DNA from: Candidatus Omnitrophota bacterium
GTDB lineage: Bacteria; Omnitrophota; Gorgyraeia; Gygaellales; Profunditerraquicolaceae
Length of the DNA: 64,000 nucleotides
Reading direction: 5' to 3'
NCBI GenBank assembly: GCA_030691865.1
Contig: JAUYDL010000041.1
Span: 758-64,757, forward strand
Shown: positions 1-8,078 of the stretch, in pieces
Layout of the letters: every line of letters starts with the position of its first letter
Position numbering within the stretch: the first letter of the stretch is position 1
Translations under genes and position numbers: made by a program
Notes under the pieces: model-generated
What the model saw: only the letters and a program-made list of their open reading frames with translations
Database searches by the model: none
What the model was told of the DNA's origin: nothing

Positions 1-589
1 TAGCCCCAAATATATCCCTATCTATCAACCCGTTACAGTACACAAAGTATCCGGTTGAAGATACATTAAAACCATTCATCCTAAATAACCATTGATATAT
101 CTCCATCTGCCTCTTATAGGAAATCTGCCAATCGGCATTTATGTTAACCTCTTCTTCCTTTGATGTGCTCTTGTAATCTACTATAAATAGCTGGCCATCT
201 GGTGAAACCCAAACATCATCTATCCCACCTGAAAATAAGAGATTGGTCGGCGTGTCTAGATATGCAATACCTCCATGTAGCGCATCTCTCCAAATATTCA
301 GCTTCTCATGCTTAAAAGGAACCGCCCTAATACCATTCTTTTCCATTAAAGGATGAGCTACCTGCTTTTCTCTATAGATATCAAATTCTTTCTTCAATAA
401 CTTGTCTACAGCGGAATTTAAGGTAAACGGATACCCGGGCGGCTGTCCTACGCCTAATCTTCTGTCCAAGTAAAAACAACGAGGACAATTCATGAATAGT
501 TCGATTTTAGAGCGGCTTAGTTTGAATGGAGCCTTGCTTTGCGGATCGAATAAGTTCTTAGTTTTCCTGCCAGTGTAGTATTTAGACAT
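1..589 (-). CDS. PD-(D/E)XK nuclease superfamily protein (Cas4/RecB-like), partial; runs off the window start
   Basis: Own translation of the minus strand from ATG at 589: MSKYYTGRKTKNLFDPQSKAPFKLSRSKIELFMNCPRCFYLDRR...GGIDDVWVSPDGQLFIVDYKSTSKEE...QMEIYQWL, open to position 1 with no stop. It carries an N-terminal C-x2-C, then GGIDD / IVDYK (D...D-x-K) and a QxxxY motif, as in the PDDEXK_1 / Cas4-like family. It is absent from the ORF track only because it has no stop inside the window. Confidence 0.55.
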   Translation of the reverse strand, partial: MSKYYTGRKTKNLFDPQSKAPFKLSRSKIELFMNCPRCFYLDRRLGVGQPPGYPFTLNSAVDKLLKKEFDIYREKQVAHPLMEKNGIRAVPFKHEKLNIWRDALHGGIAYLDTPTNLLFSGGIDDVWVSPDGQLFIVDYKSTSKEEEVNINADWQISYKRQMEIYQWLFRMNGFNVSSTGYFVYCNGLIDRDIFGA

Positions 590-1042
590 ATCCTCTTAAT
601 TTTGTGGACATCATACTTAATTCGAATTACGTAATGTGTCACCGGAATTTCCGAAAAGGTACACTTTCCAGCACAGCCGACAGACACTTTCCCGATTGGA
701 ACGGAAAGCGTCTGCTTATTTGTGCTTATTTGTAAAAAAGGCAACTCTCAAAAATTGAGGGTTGCCTTAATTTTTATTATATGAATTTCATTTACTGCCT
801 CTTTATATTAAATTTATTCTACACCCCTTCCTTACCATTGTAAATCATTTTTTAGTCACCTTGTTATATATATAACAAGAGGTAATCCCTATGAGGCGGC
901 CCAGAAATATGGCGCGTCAGAAAGCCTCTCTGTATAGAGGTAGGATGTAAATTTAAAACAATTGTATTGAACTATACCCCATAAAATCTATTTTAAAAAT
1001 TAGAAAAAGTACGCTGTCTAAATTATTTCGGAAGGTATCTGC

Positions 1043-1567
1043 TTATTTTTGTGGCAAGCCTAAAAAATCTAACGGTAATTCATAAAAGAAATAATAACAT
1101 CCAACAAAGTTAACATATTTTAAAACATCTTTGTATACATCTTTTTTAAACCAATCACTCAGAATATATACATATTTAACTGATATTCCTAGCGGGGCGA
1201 GTAGTTTATTATATTGCTTATTCTTGAAGTCACAAGTCTGAAGCTTTTCATCTACAGAACCCGCTACTTCTTGAAATTTAATTTCGATAATATAAAGTGT
1301 CTTGCCAGCTAAAATTAAGATTGCTTCATCGGGTAATAATTTTTTAGAAATTATTACCGAATAATCGATGTTATTTGGCTCAAGTAAATTTTTATATAAT
1401 TTATTTTTTCCATAAAACTCTGCGACTTTCCCCTTGTTAAAATAAACAATATCTTCTTCAACGCTATAACCGGGTAAGGATGCTAATAGGCTCTTCATCG
1501 CTACTCTAGACTCAAATCTTAATCCAGAATGAGCGGTTTTTGCTCCACCTTTACCACCCTTAATCAT
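1043..1567 (-). CDS. putative PD-(D/E)xK restriction endonuclease-like protein, last gene of the methyltransferase operon
   Basis: 174 aa. Motif LLPDEAILILAGKTLYIIEIKFQ fits PD-x(n)-ExK. Its start overlaps the upstream ORF by 8 nt, so it is co-oriented and co-transcribed with the MTase. No recognisable family beyond the motif. Confidence 0.4.
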   Translation of the reverse strand: MIKGGKGGAKTAHSGLRFESRVAMKSLLASLPGYSVEEDIVYFNKGKVAEFYGKNKLYKNLLEPNNIDYSVIISKKLLPDEAILILAGKTLYIIEIKFQEVAGSVDEKLQTCDFKNKQYNKLLAPLGISVKYVYILSDWFKKDVYKDVLKYVNFVGCYYFFYELPLDFLGLPQK

Positions 1568-2171
1568 TTTTTTCCAAAAAAGACTTCTTCAATTTTTCTT
1601 TAAGATCTAAGATTCCGTCTCCGGTTTTTACCCAATCATCATCTAACTTTTTCCAGCCTTCCCAAGACATAGCCCTCCCCTTATATTTAGGAGGAGGATA
1701 ATTACAATCCTCTTGCCCCCATATCCATTTATAAACCTTGAGAAGAACCTCCGGGCTCTCTCCACAAGGATTTATTATCTTAATCTTGCTAAGAATATCA
1801 TCCGGCTCTTCTCCATTATAGACCTTCTCTAATGCCTCAATCATTATAAGTGTTTCCTTAGGATTACATATAGCTTTATCTCTTAAATCGTTAGAAATAT
1901 TAGCGTGAGATATTAGCCAAAGAGATTCTTCGTTTGGATTATAAACCCACACCATAAAATCATCTCTTTTTATTGTACCAAAGCTAAATTTACCACCCGG
2001 CTTAGTAACAACTATTTTCCTCCCATCCGAGACTTGCTCCACTTCATATCCTCTGTACTTTATTTTTTCTAAAGCCTCTTGGAACTTATCTTTTGGTTGA
2101 TTTTTTATCTTTAAATCAGATAAATCAATTGAATGTTTATAAATATTAATTCTTGCTTTTTTCTTTGCCAT
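1560..2171 (-). CDS. hypothetical protein (203 aa), third gene of the MTase operon
   Basis: Long ORF, co-oriented, overlapping the downstream gene by 8 nt. No motif I recognise. Confidence 0.4.
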   Translation of the reverse strand: MAKKKARINIYKHSIDLSDLKIKNQPKDKFQEALEKIKYRGYEVEQVSDGRKIVVTKPGGKFSFGTIKRDDFMVWVYNPNEESLWLISHANISNDLRDKAICNPKETLIMIEALEKVYNGEEPDDILSKIKIINPCGESPEVLLKVYKWIWGQEDCNYPPPKYKGRAMSWEGWKKLDDDWVKTGDGILDLKEKLKKSFLEKND

Positions 2172-2258
2172 ATTTAATGGTGTCGAATTCGTCTTTAAGA
2201 CTTTACTCTTTCATCAAAAATCTTCTTCCAAGATTTACTGTTTGCCATATTTTATAAA

Positions 2259-2657
2259 TTAAATTATTACTAAAGCTTCTTTATCGTCTATTTTGTAATC
2301 GTACCCTAAAAAAATCTTTTCATCCTTATTTAGTAGAGTAGTGTCTAATAAAATATTTTCTGCTTTAAACGTTTTTTCTATTACTTTACCGCCAATTTCT
2401 TTGGCATATCGGGATGCAACTTCCTTCTTATAAGTCCAGCTTTCTAAGCCTATATAATTTTCTCCATTATATTTATTAATTCCTCGATACAGCTTAACTG
2501 ATTCTTTTTTCTTAAATTGAGATAAAAAATCAATTATCTTTTTGTCTGGATATTTGATGGGAGCTTCAAAAGCAGATTTATGAAAATACTCATCTGTCCA
2601 AGAAGAAACATAGGCTGGAATTTCCATTTTAGAGGACATGTTTTTAATGTTTCCCAT
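2259..2657 (-). CDS. hypothetical protein (132 aa), second gene of the MTase operon
   Basis: Its start overlaps the MTase stop by 14 nt. The residues YRG...ESWTY...AEN are faintly ART-like (R-S-E) but unconvincing. Confidence 0.4.
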   Translation of the reverse strand: MGNIKNMSSKMEIPAYVSSWTDEYFHKSAFEAPIKYPDKKIIDFLSQFKKKESVKLYRGINKYNGENYIGLESWTYKKEVASRYAKEIGGKVIEKTFKAENILLDTTLLNKDEKIFLGYDYKIDDKEALVII

Positions 2658-3522
2658 CTAATTCCTTAAGCCTCTTTATTGAAGTCTTCAGGTATTCCTC
2701 TTCCAACTCAACTCCTATAAACTGCCTCTTCTCTTTAACTGCCACAACGCCGGTGGTAGAGCTTCCAGCAAAAGGATCTAAAACTATATCCCCCTGTCTT
2801 GTTGAAGCCAACACAATTCTATCCAATAATTCTATTGGTTTTTGTGTAGGATGCTTACCATATATTTTCTCTGCAAAACCTGGGGCTTTAATCGACCAAA
2901 GACTAAGCATTTGTTTATTATTATTCATTTTTCTCATTAAGTCATAATCAAAATAATGCTTGCTGTATTTATTTTTCGCAGCCCAGAGAATAGTTTCGGT
3001 GGAATGCGTAAAATAGCGGCAGCTTAAATTTGGCGGAGGATTTACTTTAAACCAAGCAATGTCATTTAATATTTTATAACCTAAAGTTTGCATTGCCGAG
3101 CCTACGGTATAGATGATGTGTGACGTACCAGAGACCCAAATAGTTCCATTAGGTGTCAAAACCCTCTGACATTCCCTTAGCCATCTTTGCGTAAAAATGT
3201 AGTTTCCTTCTACTCCTTTAGACTCATCCCACTTACCTTTATTTACAGAAACCATTTTACCAGCATGACAGGTGAAACCACCATTAGATAAAAAATATGG
3301 CGGATCCGCAAAGATCATATCAATGGAGTTTTCAGGAAGATTGGGAAGAATGTCAAAACAATTCGCCTTAAATAAAGCAATATTGCGCTTCGTATCTTCA
3401 AAATACGGCTTTTGGGGGATATTTTTAAACAGATGAAGAATATTCTTCTTACGGATTACTTTTTCTTGAGTAATGGTAGGCATATAAGTGAGAAGCTGAA
3501 CTTTTACTGCTTGATTTTCCAT
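2644..3522 (-). CDS. DNA methyltransferase, beta-class N6-adenine / N4-cytosine (DPPY before FxGxG)
   Basis: IFADPPYFLSNGG (motif IV) precedes LDPFAGSSTTGVVA (motif I). A strong GGAGGTGG Shine-Dalgarno sits upstream of the ATG at 3522. Confidence 0.85.
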   Translation of the reverse strand: MENQAVKVQLLTYMPTITQEKVIRKKNILHLFKNIPQKPYFEDTKRNIALFKANCFDILPNLPENSIDMIFADPPYFLSNGGFTCHAGKMVSVNKGKWDESKGVEGNYIFTQRWLRECQRVLTPNGTIWVSGTSHIIYTVGSAMQTLGYKILNDIAWFKVNPPPNLSCRYFTHSTETILWAAKNKYSKHYFDYDLMRKMNNNKQMLSLWSIKAPGFAEKIYGKHPTQKPIELLDRIVLASTRQGDIVLDPFAGSSTTGVVAVKEKRQFIGVELEEEYLKTSIKRLKELDGKH

Positions 3523-3637
3523 ATTTTACCACCTCCTACTATAATTGACGTAGAGAGTTGGTAAAATCTAACATAAATTTTTTAATCTACCTCAGTCCCC
3601 TCCCACCTTTTATTCTGGGCAAACTTAAAATGTATAT

Positions 3638-3695
3638 CTAGCGGGTGGCGCGAGGATGCTTCGAGGCAAATTTGCCGAGAAGCGCCCCGCGACAG
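3638..3695. repeat. GC-rich imperfect palindromic intergenic element (family A, copy 1) between nrdR and the MTase operon
   Basis: ctagcgggt...acccgctag arms flank a core cgaggatgcttcgaggcaaatttgccgagaagcgcc. This core is shared, with palindrome-preserving substitutions, with 47821..47938. Confidence 0.45.
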
Positions 3696-3709
3696 GACCC
3701 GCTAGTTGT

Positions 3710-4177
3710 TTACTTCTTTTTCTTATCTTTACCCAGAATATCCTTTAACTCCACCAAGAATTGCCCCACATCTTTAAACTGTCGATATACTGAAGCAAAG
3801 CGCACATAGGCCACATCGTCAATTAATTTTAACCTCTCCATTACCAATTCGCCTATCCGGCTGGCCAAAACCTCCCGATCGCTTTTTTTCTGGATGGAGT
3901 GCTCAACCTGGGTGACCACATCCTCCATCTTCTCCACGCTCACCGGCCTCTTCTCACAAGCCCGGATAATCCCGGCTAGAACTTTTTTACGATCCCAAGT
4001 CTCCCGGCGCCCATCCTTCTTAATCACCAGCAAAGAAACCTCTTCCACGTATTCATAGGTAGTAAACCGCTTGCCGCACTTTAAACATTCTCTTCTGCGC
4101 CTGACGGCTGACTCTTCGGCTGTAGCGCGGGAATCCACCACTTTATCTTCTTTATACCCGCAAGACGGACATCTCAT
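3710..4177 (-). CDS. nrdR: transcriptional repressor NrdR
   Basis: MRCPSCGYKEDKVVDSRATAEE...ECLKCGKRFTTYE zinc ribbon followed by an ATP-cone. Confidence 0.9.
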   Translation of the reverse strand: MRCPSCGYKEDKVVDSRATAEESAVRRRRECLKCGKRFTTYEYVEEVSLLVIKKDGRRETWDRKKVLAGIIRACEKRPVSVEKMEDVVTQVEHSIQKKSDREVLASRIGELVMERLKLIDDVAYVRFASVYRQFKDVGQFLVELKDILGKDKKKK

Positions 4178-4248
4178 CCCGCACCTTCTTTCTTATTTAA
4201 TTTATTAAACCACATGACTTTAATAGTTGAATATATAGAAGGTGCGGG
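4178..4248 (-). promoter_or_regulatory. long inverted repeat spanning the whole comEB-nrdR spacer; one arm contains the nrdR ribosome binding site
   Basis: cccgcaccttct (4178..4189) pairs with agaaggtgcggg (4237..4248) around an AT-rich 47-nt loop. On the mRNA strand GAAGGTGCGGG-ATG lies inside the stem. Confidence 0.35.
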
Positions 4249-4250
4249 GC

Positions 4251-4712
4251 TCATATTTTCCTTATTTTAATTTTTGCCTGCTTTAAAAATTCCATGGCCA
4301 ACTTATCCGGATAACCTCGCGCAATGACAATCTCTTTTATCCCGGCATTAATCAGCATTTTAGCGCAAATCACACATGGCTGATTAGTAGCGTATAATGT
4401 GGCACCCTTAACGCTAATGCCGTGCAAAGATGACTGAATAAGCGCGTTCTGCTCGGCATGCAGGGCGCGGCATAATTCATGGCGCTCTCCCGAAGGGATT
4501 TTTAATTTTAGGCGAAGACAACCAATTTCCACGCAGTGTTTTAAACCGCTGGGAGCACCGTTGTAACCGGTAGCCAAAATTCTTTTCTCCCTGACTAAAA
4601 CTGCCCCCACGCTGCGGCGCAGACAGGTAGATCTCTTGGCAACTAACCCTGCCATCTCTAAAAAATATTCATCCCAGCTTGGACGCTTATCTGCAGGTAT
4701 TTTCTTTTTCAA
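4251..4712 (-). CDS. dCMP deaminase / ComEB-type cytidine-deoxycytidylate deaminase
   Basis: HAEQNAL ... PCVICAKML zinc-binding CDA signature. 153 aa. Confidence 0.75.
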   Translation of the reverse strand: MKKKIPADKRPSWDEYFLEMAGLVAKRSTCLRRSVGAVLVREKRILATGYNGAPSGLKHCVEIGCLRLKLKIPSGERHELCRALHAEQNALIQSSLHGISVKGATLYATNQPCVICAKMLINAGIKEIVIARGYPDKLAMEFLKQAKIKIRKI

Positions 4713-4714
4713 TT

Positions 4715-5962
4715 TTATTTTAATAGCTCCGTATATAATGGAAATTTCTTGGTTAGGACAATTACCTCTTTTTTAATCTGCGTTAATTTTTCCGGGCTAC
4801 CCGGATTTTCCAGCGCATCGTTAATTAGCCCGGCAATCTGGCGCATCTGGGGCTCTTTCATGTTACGGGTACTTACCGCCGCAGTTCCCAGGCGGATACC
4901 GCTGGTAACTGTCGGGCTCTTTAAATCAAAAGGAATAAGATTCTTATTCACCGTAATATTAACTTCACCCAGAATTTTTGAGGCATCGCTGCCTGTAACA
5001 TTCTTGGCATTTAAATCTACCAGTATTAAATGCGTATCCGTGCCTCCGGAAACAATGCGAAAACCTTTTTTCTCTAAGGCCCCGGCTAACTCTACGGCAT
5101 TTTTCATCAACTGCATCTGATACTGTTTAAACTCCTCAGTCATCGCCTCGCCAAAGGCTACGGCCTTAGCGGCAATCACATGCATCAATGCCCCGCCCTG
5201 AATTCCGGGAAAAATCTGGCTATCAATCTTTTTAGCAAACTCTTTTTTACACAAGATAAACCCGCCGCGCGGGCCGCGTAAAGTCTTATGGGTGGTGGAG
5301 CTGACAAACTCCGCATAAGGCACCGGCGATGGATGCAAACCGGCTGCCACTAGCCCCGCGATATGCGCCATATCCACAAATAGATATGCTCCCACAGTAT
5401 CAGCAATCTGGCGGAATTTTTTAAAATCAATCGTCCGGGGATATGCCGAAGCCCCGGCCAAAATCATCTTGGGCTTATGGATTTTGGCTAATTCCAGGAT
5501 AACCTCATAATCCAGGCTTTCAGTTTTTCTATCTACGCCATAACCAACCATTTTAAAAAATCTTCCGGAAAAATTATGCGGATGGCCGTGAGTGAGGTGG
5601 CCTCCTGCGGCTAGATCCATGGCCAAAACAGTATCTCCCGGATTAACCGCCGCAAAATATACCGCCATATTGGCCTGTGAACCGGAATGCGGCTGGACAT
5701 TGACATGCTCTGCGCCAAAGATGCTCTTGGCCCGCTGGATTGCCAGGCTCTCCACAATATCCACATATTCGCATCCGCCATACCAACGTTTACCAGGATA
5801 CCCTTCGGCATATTTATTCGTTAGCACTGAACCCTGCGCCTCTAAAACTGCCAAAGAAGCGAAATTCTCCGAGGCGATAAGCTCTAGATTATCATTCTGA
5901 CGCCTTAATTCTTTTTGAATCGCGGCAAAAATCTCCGGGTCTGTTTGTTTTAAATGTTTCAC
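4715..5962 (-). CDS. glyA: serine hydroxymethyltransferase
   Basis: Full-length SHMT homology ([19 protein letters not shown]). The ORF track starts at TTG 5971, but AGGAG at 5972..5976 is 9 nt from GTG 5962, giving the typical N-terminus [12 protein letters not shown]. Start placed at 5962. Confidence 0.9.
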   Translation of the reverse strand: MKHLKQTDPEIFAAIQKELRRQNDNLELIASENFASLAVLEAQGSVLTNKYAEGYPGKRWYGGCEYVDIVESLAIQRAKSIFGAEHVNVQPHSGSQANMAVYFAAVNPGDTVLAMDLAAGGHLTHGHPHNFSGRFFKMVGYGVDRKTESLDYEVILELAKIHKPKMILAGASAYPRTIDFKKFRQIADTVGAYLFVDMAHIAGLVAAGLHPSPVPYAEFVSSTTHKTLRGPRGGFILCKKEFAKKIDSQIFPGIQGGALMHVIAAKAVAFGEAMTEEFKQYQMQLMKNAVELAGALEKKGFRIVSGGTDTHLILVDLNAKNVTGSDASKILGEVNITVNKNLIPFDLKSPTVTSGIRLGTAAVSTRNMKEPQMRQIAGLINDALENPGSPEKLTQIKKEVIVLTKKFPLYTELLK

Positions 5963-5975
5963 TTTGCACAACTCC

Positions 5976-6021
5976 TTGTCTACCTAGACAACACCGACGC
6001 AATACCGCTTAGCGTCGGGTG
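5976..6021. repeat. REP-like element copy 1: 16-bp perfect palindrome TTGTCTACCTAGACAA plus GC hairpin, between rpiB and glyA
   Basis: Seen directly. The hairpin arm gcgtcgggtgcc encodes the last codons (GTRR-stop) of rpiB. Confidence 0.5.
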
Positions 6022-6467
6022 CCTATTTTTCTATCGATCTGATTAATTAATTTTATTCTCCTTAAATACCTGCCCCCTAAAAACTTGGTATTTAGCCAGG
6101 CCCAAACCATTCTTTTGGCTAAATCCGCTTTTACAAATCCTGAACCCAGAACCAAAACATTGCTGTCATTATGCTGACGGCTAAGTTTAGCTATTTTAAG
6201 ATTATCGCAAAGTGCGGCGCGCACTCCCGGCAATCTGTTGGCCACAATCGAATTCCCAACTCCGCTTTTACAGATAAGTATACCGCGCTTGGATTTGCCG
6301 CTTGAGATATTTTTAGCTAAATCATAAGCATGCACCGGATAATCGCAGCGCTCTAAAGAATAGGTGCCTAAATCTTTTACGCTGATTGCCTTCTTTTGAA
6401 GATAGGCCTTTAATTTTTCTTTTAAAGTAAATCCGGCATGATCTGAGGCAATCAATAACTTGGTCAT
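6009..6467 (-). CDS. rpiB: ribose-5-phosphate isomerase B
   Basis: MTKLLIASDHAGFTLKEKL..., RpiB/LacAB family. Confidence 0.85.
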   Translation of the reverse strand: MTKLLIASDHAGFTLKEKLKAYLQKKAISVKDLGTYSLERCDYPVHAYDLAKNISSGKSKRGILICKSGVGNSIVANRLPGVRAALCDNLKIAKLSRQHNDSNVLVLGSGFVKADLAKRMVWAWLNTKFLGGRYLRRIKLINQIDRKIGTRR

Positions 6468-7582
6468 AATATTTTACTTATCCTTTCTACGGCATCCTTA
6501 ATCGTTAAAAAAGTATCCCGGTAAAACTCCGGAGAGCCCCCGATAGGATCAGAGATATTCAAATTACTATCGTTTATTCTTGCCCCGTTAGAAACTTTTT
6601 CACTATTATTTATTATACCATTGTTTCTAATAAGGTTGACAAATTCCTTTAATAAAAAAAGCCTATTTTTTGCCTCCGGAGCAAGCTGCAGGATTTTATC
6701 CTCATGCACATCCTCCATCATCAAAATAATATCTGACTGATCCACTAATTCCCGGGTTACTCTTTGCGCGCGGTGCGCTGCCACATCAATACCCTCTTTG
6801 GCCAAGACCGCCAGCGTTCCCTCACTGGCACCCATGCCTGCCAGGGCCATTACTCCGGCGGAGGAGACCTGAATATCCGTTCTTTGTGTTTTAAGCAAAA
6901 GTTTCTTTAAATACGCCTCCGCCATGACCGAGCGGCAGGAGTTTCCCGCGCAAACAAAAAGCACGGTCTTGGATTTTATTACCGCCATGATCTCTTCATC
7001 CTTAATTGCCCCGCTCCTGGTTATCTGCGGCGGTTCAACGCTCAGGTCAACCACGGTAGATTCCAAGCCAACTTTAGTCAAGCCGGCATCAATGGCTAAA
7101 TCCACCAGGCCATCCATATCTTTAATCGCTTGCTCAAAATTAGCCGGCGCCGGCTTATCTGAAATATTCGCAGAAGGACAAGCCAGGGGAACTCCTGACT
7201 GAGTGGTAATCGCTAAAGCAATTAGATTATCCGGCATACGTAAACCCACTTTGCCCTGGCTGGCGGATTTTAATATCACGGTCAACGGGCCCGGCCAGAA
7301 TTTATGCATCAATTTATAAGCGGCTACAGGAACCTCAACCGCCAACTCCTGCACTTTATGTTCCTGCGCTATCAGAATAGCAAAAGGCTTATCCTTAGGC
7401 CGATTTTTTATCTTATAAAGTCTCTGTAGCGCCTTTTCATTCAGGGCATTAGCCGCAATCCCGTAAACCGTCTCGGTAGGAATAATTACCAATCCGCCGT
7501 CAATTAAGACTTTGGCTGCCTGCCGGATAGATTCCTCCCGGGGAGACGAAGGATTGACTTTAATAATCTTTGTTAAACTCAT
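6464..7582 (-). CDS. L-threonylcarbamoyladenylate synthase (Sua5/YrdC/YwlC domain) fused to a low-molecular-weight protein-tyrosine-phosphatase (YwlE-like) domain
   Basis: N-terminal LVIIPTETVYGIAANA (YrdC). C-terminal VLFVCAGNSCRSVMAEAY carries the CX5R P-loop. Confidence 0.8.
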   Translation of the reverse strand: MSLTKIIKVNPSSPREESIRQAAKVLIDGGLVIIPTETVYGIAANALNEKALQRLYKIKNRPKDKPFAILIAQEHKVQELAVEVPVAAYKLMHKFWPGPLTVILKSASQGKVGLRMPDNLIALAITTQSGVPLACPSANISDKPAPANFEQAIKDMDGLVDLAIDAGLTKVGLESTVVDLSVEPPQITRSGAIKDEEIMAVIKSKTVLFVCAGNSCRSVMAEAYLKKLLLKTQRTDIQVSSAGVMALAGMGASEGTLAVLAKEGIDVAAHRAQRVTRELVDQSDIILMMEDVHEDKILQLAPEAKNRLFLLKEFVNLIRNNGIINNSEKVSNGARINDSNLNISDPIGGSPEFYRDTFLTIKDAVERISKIL

Positions 7583-8061
7583 AACTTAATTTTAGTCTGT
7601 TTAATTTTAAGGCGCATCTTTTTTTTATAATTAATCAGCTTGGCGCTGATTTTAGTATCATTAATACCAAGTATAGCCAAAGCAAAAAGCGCGGCATTCT
7701 TTGCCCCCGCCTTACCAATAGACATGCAAGCCACGGGAATCCCCGGAGGCATCTGCACTGTCGATAAAAGAGAATCCAGGCCTTTTAAGTTTTTAGTTTC
7801 AATCGGTATCCCGATCACCGGTAAAGTGGTATGCGCAGCCACTACACCAGCCAAAGCCGCGGACATTCCGGCGGCGGCAATAAAAACCTTTGTCCCTCTC
7901 TTCGGTGCTGTTTCCACATATTGGGCTACTTCATGCGGAGTCCGGTGCGCGGATAAAATCTTCAAATCAAAATCCACTTTAAATTCTTTTAAGATATTGA
8001 TCGCTTCGGCTACTGTTTCTAAATCTGACTGGCTTCCCATAAGAATGCTTATTTCTTTCAT
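7579..8061 (-). CDS. purE: N5-carboxyaminoimidazole ribonucleotide mutase
   Basis: ILMGSQSD...KVFIAAAGMSAALAGVVAAHTTLPVIGIP. Confidence 0.85.
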   Translation of the reverse strand: MKEISILMGSQSDLETVAEAINILKEFKVDFDLKILSAHRTPHEVAQYVETAPKRGTKVFIAAAGMSAALAGVVAAHTTLPVIGIPIETKNLKGLDSLLSTVQMPPGIPVACMSIGKAGAKNAALFALAILGINDTKISAKLINYKKKMRLKIKQTKIKL

Positions 8062-8078
8062 AAAAACCTCCTTAAAAT

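Noticed and set aside
517-744. 75-aa minus-strand ORF from the six-frame track
   Set aside because: It overlaps, in another frame, the much longer open PD-(D/E)XK nuclease frame (1..589) that has clear catalytic motifs and a proper start. There is no RBS or motif support.
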